Shown: in pieces, positions 1 to 10,400 of the stretch | Numbering within the stretch: position 1 is the first letter of the stretch | Layout of the letters: each line of letters begins with the position of its first letter | NCBI GenBank assembly: GCA_964187785.1 | Contig: OZ076414.1 | Span: 30,628,001 to 30,692,000, forward strand | Reading direction: 5' to 3' | Source of the DNA: Amphiscolops sp. MND2022 | Taxonomy: Eukaryota | Length of the DNA stretch: 64,000 nt | Position numbers and translations under genes: made by a program | The notes under the pieces: generated by a model | What the model was told of the DNA's origin: nothing | What the model saw: the letters and a program-made list of their open reading frames with translations, nothing else | Database searches by the model: none

Positions 1-449
1 GTTTCCGCATAATGGTGCATAATTATTAATCACAAACAGCATGATGAAGTGTATTCATTTTCACATTTTCGTACTGTGACGCATACTCATTGATTTAATA
101 GGTCTACGTTTAGATTAATCATTGCTTCCATTCAGAAATATTGGCCTAAATTCAACTAAACAATTCAATATCTCAATCAATAATTAAGGTGAAAAGTTAA
201 GAAAACCTGGTCAACATGTCTTAATTCGCATCTGGCTTCCACAATTCAATCAAAGAAACTATAAAATAAATATTTACATGACTTAACTCGTTGGTTAGGG
301 TAACCAACGAGACAATAAAAGCGAAGAAATAAAAAGGGGGAAAGGCAGTTTATCGAGTTTCATCAAATTGAGTTTGTCTTCCAGGCTGCTTCTTCGTTTT
401 CCTTTTTACTCTTGCAGAACATGCCCAGAGCACCCATGAGGCTGTGACA
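1..449 (-). repeat. 3' LTR (partial; remainder lies outside the window)
   Basis: 2-449 aligns to 14619-15067 with about 12 substitutions and 1 indel (~97%, counted by eye). The element strand starts TGTCACAGCC and is preceded by purine-rich AAAGGTGCGGGAC (putative polypurine tract, ~450-462). Confidence 0.9.
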
Positions 450-1428
450 GTCCCGCACCTTTAAAGGAGAACAGTGCAGCCTCGAATCCATCTATAAAGG
501 CACGGGATCTGACACCTCTGTCCCTGACCGTCTCCCCGTCATAAACGGTTGCAATTAGGTACTCTCCCAGCGTCTCGAGTGCTATCAAATCGTAGCATTT
601 ACCACACCAATCGCAAAATCCAGCGACGTTTGGCATTACTGGGGGCAGAAGTCGATATTGCAGTCTTTCTTGGAAGGGCAAGAGCAGTAGATTCGTGCTA
701 TGTCCCGCTTGGAACGGGAAGTGAGGAGAGGGTCCAGCATTAGGTCCAGTAATCAATTGTGAAACATGGGCGCTTCCTTCATGGGGAGGTATCTGGATCA
801 TTATTGGTGCATTACTATATATAGGCAAAACATTAGGGTTAGCGGAGAAGGCTCCACTGTTGCCCAATGTCCTTGGTTGGGTACCGTTGACAGGGTGATC
901 TGCTTGGTGGTATCTAGGGTCAGTGATTTGTTGGGGTTGATAAATTGGGTAAGTATTTGCAAAATTAGGCGGGTAAGTAGGAATGGGTCTATTGATCACT
1001 GTCGTCTCGTGGTTGTTGCTTCTTGGTGTGGGAAGGATTGCCGCGGCTGGCCTCCCGTAGCTGTTTACAGGTCGTGTCGAAGGTTCAGCCGACTCCCAGG
1101 GCGACATGGGTGAGTCTTCCAGCTCCGTATCAATAAATGAAGTTGATGAAGACCCTCTACTGAATTGATGCTCCTCTATGATTTCCATCATCTGCCGCTC
1201 AATTTGTGTCCCAGCAGTGTCAATTGTCTCAGCAATTGAGGGGTCTTCTGGTCCAGATGTGAAAAGGGTTGCCGAAGTTGCACCCACGAATGCCGTCAAC
1301 ATATCCGATCTTGGTCCACCAACCCTGAATCTTTCCTCCACGTCGGACAGATCATTCGGATGAACGACAAATTCTTCTCCTGAATCGCTTGATATATCTA
1401 CAATCCCAGGAGATTGAATCGAGAGCAA
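406..1428 (-). CDS. Second accessory ORF (340 codons, sense to gag-pol), P/S/T-rich with a C-terminal CxxCxxC-containing domain, ending inside the 3' LTR; true start uncertain
   Basis: Uninterrupted 1,023-nt frame with C-terminal FCDWCGKCYDLIALETLGEYL...RAFIDGFEAALFSF. The stop at 406-408 lies 44 nt into the LTR. The track start is TTG; possible frameshifted upstream pieces extend to an ATG at 1803. Confidence 0.55.
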   Translation of the reverse strand: MLSIQSPGIVDISSDSGEEFVVHPNDLSDVEERFRVGGPRSDMLTAFVGATSATLFTSGPEDPSIAETIDTAGTQIERQMMEIIEEHQFSRGSSSTSFIDTELEDSPMSPWESAEPSTRPVNSYGRPAAAILPTPRSNNHETTVINRPIPTYPPNFANTYPIYQPQQITDPRYHQADHPVNGTQPRTLGNSGAFSANPNVLPIYSNAPIMIQIPPHEGSAHVSQLITGPNAGPSPHFPFQAGHSTNLLLLPFQERLQYRLLPPVMPNVAGFCDWCGKCYDLIALETLGEYLIATVYDGETVRDRGVRSRAFIDGFEAALFSFKGAGLSQPHGCSGHVLQE

Positions 1429-2294
1429 AGGGCTATCTTCAAGGGTAAATTGCAGGTTATTCGTGTTCTCTTCTTATGTTGCAGGATGATTTCCTCAAGT
1501 AAGGTTTAAAGGTAGTTTTCGTTTTAGTTGGAGTTACTGCTTTTGGGCGAGTTAAAAGACCATATGGTGATTGTCTTTTTCGTTTCTTTCGCTTATAACA
1601 AAACCCCGCGGAAAAACTGAGTGTCATGATTTCGGGGTTCTTCGTTTTCCTTATAGGGTCTTTTCTGTGATAGAACTTGATGAATCCGCAAAAATTATCA
1701 AGTTTCCTTTTAATTCGATATAAACATCTTCCATTTTAGGTGTTTCTCCATCTTTCAGGATGAATCTCGTCTTCACCCAAGACGCTTGACGGTGTTGAAC
1801 CATTTTAATGAGATATAAAAAAATCATAACTAAACTAACTTCAAAGGATTTCATGACTAATAACTTCCATTGATGGAGAAATGAAGTGAAAATTGATATA
1901 CATATCTAGATTTACATGACTGAGGTTTACATTTATGAATGGAGTTTTTCAGGACTGAGAGTTTAAATTTTGTGAAATATCACATTTATCCATAGTTCAT
2001 CAAAGTTTTGTTTCGAGTCCCGCACTTGAAGAGTGCGTTATTTCTCAAAAGGTAAAAGCGCATCAAGTCTAGTTTATCTTTCATTTTCTTTCGGTTTGCC
2101 CGAGCTGGCATGCATAAAAACGTATTCTGTTAATAGATCATCATTCTCGCATATTCTATAGCTAGTGTTAACTACTGAACATCACAGCATCGTAAAAAAT
2201 TGGGGTTAGATCGTGTATGTCCTTTAAAACATGCAGACATAGCTTTCAGCGCGGGATTGGTTATCTGTACAATGCCACACATGCTGTTGCAATT

Positions 2295-2505
2295 ATCCGC
2301 ATGCTGCCGTATGTGTAGTGGTGATTTTCCGTATACTACCGCATATGCAGTTGTGGATTTCCGCATACTGCCGCATGTGTAGTGGCTGCTTTCAGTATTC
2401 TGACGCATATGCAGTTGCAAATTTCCGCATACTGTCGCTTTATTGATAAAGTCGTTTTCGCATACTGCCGCACAGGCAGTGGTGAAATTCCTCTCCAAGC
2501 CGCAT
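2295..2505 (+). repeat. Degenerate tandem array A, ~33-nt unit (TTCCGCATACTGCCGCATRTGYAGTK...)
   Basis: About 6 units, e.g. TTCCGCATACTGCCGCATGTGTAGTGG, TTCCGTATACTACCGCATATGCAGTTG, TTCGCATACTGCCGCACAGGCAGTGG. Confidence 0.85.
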
Positions 2506-4172
2506 GAGGGCCATTCATGAGATTCGCATCATTGACCGGTCGCTAGTTTTGATAATTACGTAATCGTCCATTCTGGCAGTAATGGACGGTAAATAATTGA
2601 CCAATCAGATTAGAGTTTTTTCTATATTAGTGCGCAAATTTCAGCATTCATTTGCTCTTTGCCTTTCGTTTTACGCCACGCCTTTATTGTTGTGTTCTAT
2701 CTTATCGTTTCATTGAACATATTTTCATTCAGTTTTTAGAAACTTGCACAAGTCTGGGTTATAGTCATTTCAATTTTGAGTAGTTTTTCATCCTTTTCGT
2801 CGTCACTTCCCTGCAGTTCCTTTTCATTCCGCCATCAAATTTAACCATTCTTGTATTATTTGTCTTCTGGGTTTTCACAATATTGCCATGGATTCTCCCG
2901 GACAAAAGAAATCACGAGAACAATTAATTCCGAGGAAACAAACGGCCAGCTGGGGATACAAATCACCTTCTGGTACTACACCTGGTAAGTCCAACTCAAT
3001 GTTTAGTTCAAATAAAGGTTTTTTAAGGTTTCTTCTTGATCAGAGAAGTTTTATTTCCAGTTAGCTGGCCAGGCTAACTGTAAACGTGATCTATCTTCTC
3101 AGTTTCGATCACAATCAAAATTTTTGAAGCAGAGGCTTCCGGTTTATTTTCAATCACTTCCGCATTTCTTTTATTTCCCGTCACCGCGTCCGGTGTTGGT
3201 CAATTTTCAACGGAAGTTATTGAACTGAATTCATATTCGAGGTTTATTTTAACTATAAACCAGTTTGTTTCAGTCGAACTCGGTTCTTCACAGATATCTC
3301 CTGCTCGGTCCCCAACTAGGACTTACATTCCTCTCCAAGCCTCGTCACCCCAAGTCGGAACCTCCACTGCATTTACTCCACCTACCGCCAGTTCCCCTGT
3401 TAAGTTCGATGAAGGGATTGAACGGGTGATAATTGACCAGCATAACGTTTCTTCGTCACCTGGACAACTGGTGATACTTGATTCTGATGAACTTTCCAAG
3501 GAGAAAGAACTTGATGATGAAGATGATCCATCGGTGTGTGAGGTCACCCCCCTCATTCCTAACTTGTCTTTAGAAGGGATTCGAGACGCTACCATCAACA
3601 ATCTCTCGACTGATTCTCTTGTACCTGCAGTCGCAGCGACTACTTCCCCAAGATTTAGTTCGTTTCTATTACGACCTGAAGAGATATCTTCCCGGGCTGA
3701 AACTCTCGAGATGGTTACACCCGGTGTTCCCATGGAAGTCACCGAGACTTCCGATCCGCCCATGACTGCAGCGACTCAAGAAGATCCTCCCGGAGGCCCT
3801 TCTTCCATAACTCAAAATTTGGTCATAACCCGTCAGGAAGTCTTCGCTCTTACCAGCGTCTTGGGACGTTTACCCCAGTCAATGATTGGTCAACCCGGGC
3901 CCAGTAGTTCTGGTGACATTACTCTTAACATTGTTGAAGATCCACCACAGTCCCCTACCAGGAATTTAATTCAGCAGCCTAGGGACCAAGAAATCATCCA
4001 AGAGTCGGAAAGACCCAAAGGATGTTCGAGTTGTGAAGAAACCCAAGTGACAAGGGGCAAACGCCAGAGGCCTAAATATTCTTTAAAACCACACATGTTA
4101 CGCAAACATCCGGTATTGAAGTTCTTTGCAACCGGGCCTATGGAACGATCCAAGACACCATACAAGTGGTGG

Positions 4173-4253
4173 TGCCGGGTATGCCGTGTGGAACTGTCTT
4201 TGATGAGCCGTGGAGTACTTGAGGTGCTTTCTCACTTCAAAACGGATGCACAT
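4173..4253 (+). other. C-x2-C-x16-H-x5-H zinc finger motif in the accessory protein
   Basis: WCRVCRVELSLMSRGVLEVLSHFKTDAH. The spacing matches the N-terminal (BED-related) fingers I know from hAT-type transposases; this assignment is from pattern recall, not a search. Confidence 0.7.
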
Positions 4254-5737
4254 TTAGTCAAAGAACATCGAATTTGACTCGAGACCCCTGGATTGCCACT
4301 CTTCGATCGATCTGAGAAAGAATTAGTCGGTAGTGCTCTCAAGGAATTGCAAAAGAGATGTACCCAATACCTCCGCAATTGGACGTATGCCGACTATTGG
4401 TGGGACAGGACAAGTTACCAGATTTCATTGATGCAGCCAACCCCAGTGAAGATGTCCTCTCCTAAATTCGGATTCTCGAACAAGGGTTGCGACATGGAGG
4501 CCATGTGGACAGTTTGGTCGGGATGTGGGACGAGATGGTACGCCTCTTTCCCGGCAATTCCCAAGCCTCAACTTACAGTTGGAGTAGACACCGGTTATTT
4601 GTAAGTAGTTTTATTTTTTGGGCCGTACTGAATTTGTTTTCATAAAGTTGTCCATTTTTTGTTCTTTGTAGGCTATTCTGGTTTTCATGTACCGAGAACT
4701 GTTGAGCTATAGCACTTCTTCCATCACTGCATCTGAGACATACTCTCTTTCATTCCAGTGCAGTCAGTTCAAAACGCACATCTTCCTCAATTTCTGGTCG
4801 GGAAATGTGTTTTATCAAATCTGTTTGGGAGCTGGGCCTCGAGGAACTTTAATCCCCAAACGAATGATGGGAACTATTGCAGCTTTCTTGGGGTTATTTG
4901 ATTCACCCCCATCTTGTGTCTGTTTGGTGGACTGCCCCGAGAAACTCTGTACTTGTCTCAAAACTTCATTGCCCGGGAAACTTAAGTCTGCTAGTGTTAA
5001 TGGGTTCAATCAAGCCCAGTTGGAGCGATGTCTATCCATTCCCACATCACGAATACTCGAGAGACACGATTATCGCACCATTCTCGACTTTCTTTTGATG
5101 AAGCTACGAACTGCTTTAGACCGAGATTGGTTACAATCGCTCCCAACCTTGCACAAGGTTCATAAAAGTTTATCTGCTGTTCAAAACTTGCAAGTTGCTT
5201 GGTGGTTTTTAATGTTTTATCTTGCTTTCAGTGTGTTCTTGACCTTGCCTATACCTCTCAGGAGGCTGCAATTCTAATTGAGATGCTGTCCGTCCATTGG
5301 GACAAAGTTCTGGACCACCTCAATCGAGTATCTCGACTGCCTTCGTACCGCTTCCACATGCGAGAAGTATTATACAACATATGGTATTTCTTGACTTTCT
5401 TTAATATAATAATGCCAAATTTGAAATTGTCTTTCAGCCCAGCACTTTGGATGAGTGCTTTCGCCTCGACACGGCTTACTTAGCACGTCTCTTCATCATT
5501 CGCTGTGTGTTGGATCACTGTTAGTGTAACTTTTTACCTTATCTTGCTAAAGAAGTTCTCTTTACTCCGAATTTTGTGGATATTTCCTTTACTGAAAAAG
5601 TAACGTTCTTTTTCAACTTTTCCACAATTCGCGTCTTCAGTATTGTGTTTTCAACTCCACGTGCGATTCTATGTCAATTCTTCTCTATACATTTGCTTCT
5701 TTTGTTAAATGAACCAGCACTCGACAAAACATTAATA

Positions 5738-6080
5738 TTTCCGCATTGTGGCGCATATTCATCAGCGTAATCTTCGCATGGTGTTGTATAATTGGAAATC
5801 GCAATCCGCAATGTGATGTAGGTTCGTTAATTGGAAACCGCATGTTCGATCACATCCATTAGTTAAAGCAGTGTAAGCTTGTACATTCACTGATTGTAAT
5901 CCGCACAGTGACGCGTAGTTATTGGCCGAAAACCGCATACTAACGCATAGTCACTTATTGTAATCCGCATAATAGTGCATAAGCGTTTGTTGAAAACCGC
6001 GTAGTGACGTATAGTCACCGGCTGAACTCCGCAGTATAACGTATAAACATTTGCTGAAAACTGTATAGTGACGCATAACT
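5738..6080 (+). repeat. Degenerate tandem array B, ~32-33-nt unit (CCGCATAnTGACGCATA...), inside intron 4 of the antisense gene
   Basis: About 9-10 units, e.g. AAACCGCATACTAACGCATAG, AATCCGCATAATAGTGCATAA, AAACCGCGTAGTGACGTATAG. Confidence 0.85.
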
Positions 6081-7480
6081 CCTTTAATGCTTGGTAATCA
6101 ATACCTGAAGGTGCTTTATAGTTATCGCAACTATTCTCTGGTCAAATTCGTGTTGATTTGTTTAATAATCCTCGTGTTTCAGACAATTCCGCATTCGCAG
6201 AAGTCCGTGATCAGTTCGGATCTGGGTTCAGGCTGTATAATCAATATGCAGTCTTTGTGTACAGCCAGCTTCAAAATATACTCCCTGACAGTTATTTGGG
6301 CGACATATCCAATTGGGAGAAGTATCTTTCCATCGACTTGAATCAACCGGACCTGCCTTACAAGACTGCTGATGAATTCGTTCTAAATTCAGATTTTCAT
6401 CGTTTGGTGACCACCAGCAAACTCCCGAGACCTAGTAAATTCGTGGAACAAACGATTTCATTTTGTAAATCGTTCTGCAGCATTTTACTCTCCCACGAAA
6501 TTATCAAGTCTGATCTGATTCGAGGGTTGGCCTGTTTTGATTCCGCGGTGATCCTCCATGGGAGCGAAGGGCAATACTTGACAGCGGTTGAATGCCTCAC
6601 TACCCATTTCGTCAGTCTTGGATGGGTGAGCTCGAGTGAGAAAACTAGAGCCATTAGCCAATATCGTTCCCTTGTTTCTAAGTTTCGCGAATCGAATGTT
6701 GGTCAAAAGGATGATTGGTTCCAATTTCTGGTGTCTCATTACGAGCTACAGTGTCGTCCCGAATTACATCAGTTGTTTAAACTTTCCAGTTTGTGCTTGC
6801 CTCCTCTGATCCAGATTCCACCCAGTTTTAAAAATCCAATTCCTGAGTTGGGGAATGATGAGGAAGCCTTTAGTTCATGTGTTGAAAGTATCCAGATTTC
6901 ATTTAGCACTGTTCCTAACGTCTCTAGTCTTTACCAGGATCCTCGTTCAGTTCCTAGAGTGTTCCGATTATTGGGAAGGGGGAAAGAGCTTCTTGCTGAT
7001 CGCAAGTTTTCCATCTGGAACATCTTGAAAGGAAGTGGACCCAAGAGAGCTTCACTATTCGCCAAGTTTGACAATGCTTATAAGAAGGCGGTTGTTGCGC
7101 CCGAAGTTCCAATTCTGGTCGATGATGGAGATGTTACTTGTGGAAGTGGCAATACTACCAGCACTAGTTCTCCTTCTCCTAATTCGAATTTGGGACGCGC
7201 TACAATTGCCTTGGCTCGGTGTGTCGGGGAAGGTGCCAGTACTTCTAAGGTGAAAGCTAAAGTCTCCAAGGGCAAAAAGGACTAGATCAAACTTTTCGGG
7301 TGTTCAATTTGAGTTTGTTTGTCTTTGTTTTTATAGTTTATATGTTATTTGTGTGTATTTATCCGTTCCACCAGTTGTTGGTGTACTTATTATTCAGATT
7401 TGAGAGTAGTATACTCCAAAAAAGGAAACTGCTAACGGGTTTATACCGTTGAAAAGAGATGATTTCCTGTCTGTGTTTTT

Positions 7481-10400
7481 CTAGTATCTGTATGAGTCGG
7501 AGTAGTTTGGGTTGGGATTAGGTCGTAAAATGTATTTTTCACCACGAGTATTTATGGGTTCTTCTTGCAATGGGGTATTTTCGGAGTTTTCTGGGGTTTT
7601 TTGGGTTTGCGTTTCTGGCGTATTTTTTTTGGGATTTTTTGGGAGATTTCTGATTCTTCATCTTGGATTTCTTGTAGGTTTTCATCACAATTTTCTTCTT
7701 CGCGTTCAGTGGTCTGTTCCACTGGGCTCCCCCACTATTTTTTGGAAATTTGGGGGAGGGAGGGTGGTTATTTTCAGGTACTTCAACAGGTACATATTCA
7801 ATATCATCAGTAATTTGTGTATAATCTGGAGGGCTTTCCTCAAATGGGTTAGGCCCAAAATTTGTGTTCCATGATTAGGCATATAGGTCATCATGTGTCA
7901 CTGGCATTTGATCATCTTTTTGCCAATCAGATTCTCGTACGAAAATATCGGCTAACGGTGCTTGCGGTGTGAATTTTCTCAATCTGATTCTATGTAAGAA
8001 TTGTGTTTTATTTGTTCCCAGTCTCCTAACTATATAATTGTTATTAGGAAGGACTTTTTCGACTTTGTAAGGACCCTGCCATCTGAATTGCCGAAATGGT
8101 ATTTTTGTTGCTTGTGTGTCAGCTTTCGGGTTTAAAATGTAGCAGTAGTCCGTTGTTTCTAACGGTGATGCTTTTGCTTTTCTGTCATAATAGGCTTTGT
8201 ATTTGAAATAGGATTGCATTATGTTCTTTTTGGTCTGGTCCAAAAGTATTCTCATTCGTCGTTGTATTTCTTCTGCAACGTCAGTTTGGGGTTGGTATTT
8301 CGGATTAGGATTGTATCCTAACTTGTAATCCAGTATGTTGTGCGGGATGCGGCCATGAAAAACTCGTGAAGGCTCGCAACCAAGCGATGCATGATAGGTT
8401 GTGTTGTGGTTTAGTACTGCTAACGGGAGGAATTTATGCCAGTTATGTCGGAATTCTCGAGTTGCTGCTTTGAGTTGGGTTTTGACTGAAGCATGTGTTC
8501 TTTCCAGAAGTCCTATTGTTTGAGCATGTTTTAGCTCAACACCAAGGACAGCTGTAACTTCATGGGTTACTTGAGCATTGAATTGTGTGCCAAGATCTGT
8601 GATGATTGTTGTTGGAAGGTATGTATGTTTGCATAATATGTCCATTATCACTCTGGCTACTGATGTTGCAGTGATGCGGGTCACTGGATATGCAAACAGG
8701 TATCGAGAGAAAACATCGATCGCTGTTATTATATGGTCATATCCACCGCTGGGTGGTAGATTTGGTAGAATGTCCATTTGAAGAATGTCTTCAGGGCCGA
8801 GATCCGATTCTGGGCAATTAAGTAGTTCGGTCCTGAGGAGGTCATTATTGATCCTTTTGGTTTGTATGCAGGTTTGACAATTACTCACCCATTTTTTAAT
8901 GTATTTTGCAATACAAGGGTAGTAGTATTTCTGCCTTACTTCTTGTATCATCTTTGTGATACCCGGATGGTTTGAGTTGTGACCGTGTAAGGCTTGAAGC
9001 AGTTCTTCTAGGAGTTGTGTTGGTAACAAAATCTGATAGTGCGAGGTGGTTCCTGTGTCTGTGTAGTACCTTCTCGTTAGAACCTTTTGCTTGATTTCGA
9101 TTCTGGTTATGTTTTGGAGGTAATGCTGATATCTGTAATCGGATGCCAAGTCGTTTTCAACAAAGGGGTTTCCTTTTATTTTAGCTCTGAGGTTCCTAAG
9201 GACAATGTCATTGTTTTGTTCGAGTCTGATTCTGGCATTGTCTCGGAAATGCCCTTCAGAGCATGTGTTTAAGCCTGATGTCGGTTTGTGAAATTGTTGA
9301 AGTTCAGTAACATTGTTTTCTGGGTCATTGTGAGTCTCAGTTTGAGCTTGATTTCTCACGTTTTGCTTTTCTTCCCAAAGTTTGTTTTCGTCAAATTCAT
9401 CGTCGGGAAGGATGAAGATTTGTTCTTCTTCCACAATACCAGAAGATTGTATATTGACTTCTATCGCTTTGGTTTGAATATCGTTTCTTATGCTCATTTC
9501 AAGTTTTTTAACTGGGTTGACTTCCGTTCTGGATAGGAAATCCGCTGCCGTATTCATTGAACCAGCAACATGGGCAATGACAAAATTGTTTTGTAGGACA
9601 TAATCGCATGCGTTCCAAAGTGCTGGAGGAATGAGTTTTGCTTGAAAAAAGCGGGTTACAGATCTGTTGTCGGTGAACACTATGACTGGGAAAGTGCTTC
9701 CCCACATGAGGTGACCGAATTCAACAAAAGCAAAGTATATGGAAAGGAATTCTTTCGCATAGATCGACAATTTGGTTTGTGTTGGGTTAAAGGTTTTCGA
9801 ACCAAATGCTATAGGTGCATATGTTGGCGTTTGGACTGGAGTTTTTGGCTGGGATCGTCTTCCATAATGATAGCATATCCTGCTGCTGTAAAGCTTGCAT
9901 CAGACATGACTATGAGTTGTTTGTCTTTGAGAGGTTGTCTCAAAGCTAATTGGCAAGAATTTTCGAGAAGTTTGTTTAGGTTGGTGAAGTCTTCCACCAA
10001 GTTCGTGGGTATATAGAATTTGGAGGTTTCTTTGAGGAGTTTGAAAAATGGGGAGATACGTTCAGAGAGTCTCGGGATTTAATTGCGGTAATAGTTTAGA
10101 AATCCTATGTACCTTTGGAGTGCTTTTTTGGATTTGGGGAATCTCAATTTCGACAAAAAATCTTTGACTTTGTCGGCTTGAGGGGCCACGCCATCAGGTG
10201 TGATTGTGCGGCCTAGAAAGTCTACTTGTTTGACTCCGAAATGACATTTGGACATTGTGAGTTTTAGACCAGCTTTTCGGATACATTCAAAGACCGTCCT
10301 GATGTTAGCGCATAACTGTTTTAAGTCATGTCATCGACGTACTGTGCACATTGGTCAGCCTTGATCGCTTTGTCGAGGTACTCCCTCATGAAGCTAGAAA

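Larger units (their letters stand above)
2888..7285 (+). pseudogene. Five-exon accessory gene antisense to gag-pol: S/P/acidic disordered N-terminus, C2H2 zinc finger, hAT-transposase-like C-terminal half; ~1,100 aa if repaired
   Basis: Exons 2888-2984, 3274-4600, 4672-5366, 5438-5519, 6183-7285. Introns are GTAAGT..TTTCAG (289 nt), GTAAGT..TTGTAG (71), GTATTA..TTTCAG (71) and GTTAGT..TTTCAG (663), with compatible phases 1/0/0/1. The exon sum of 3304 nt plus two restored single-base deletions (~4345, ~5165-5200) gives 3306 nt = 1102 codons. Premature stops at TGA 4275-4277 and TAA 4463-4465. Confidence 0.75.

Noticed and set aside
2172-2518. Overlapping short ORFs (108, 60, 60 aa) with C/A/H-rich periodic sequence
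   Set aside because: They are translations of the CCGCAT tandem array A; the same applies to the ORFs at 14307-14659 over array C.
2295-6080. Regularly spaced ~33-nt repeats superficially like a CRISPR array
   Set aside because: The context is eukaryotic, the units are degenerate and contiguous with no unique spacers, and no cas genes are present.
406-7285. Env-like gene in the accessory region
   Set aside because: No signal peptide, furin site plus fusion peptide, or C-terminal transmembrane anchor is evident in either accessory product.
2600-7450. Possibility that the antisense gene is simply a nested hAT transposon
   Set aside because: No TIR pair or 8-bp TSD was found by eye, and the LTR-type repeat array sits in its intron. 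This is provisionally rejected; multi-copy comparison is decisive.
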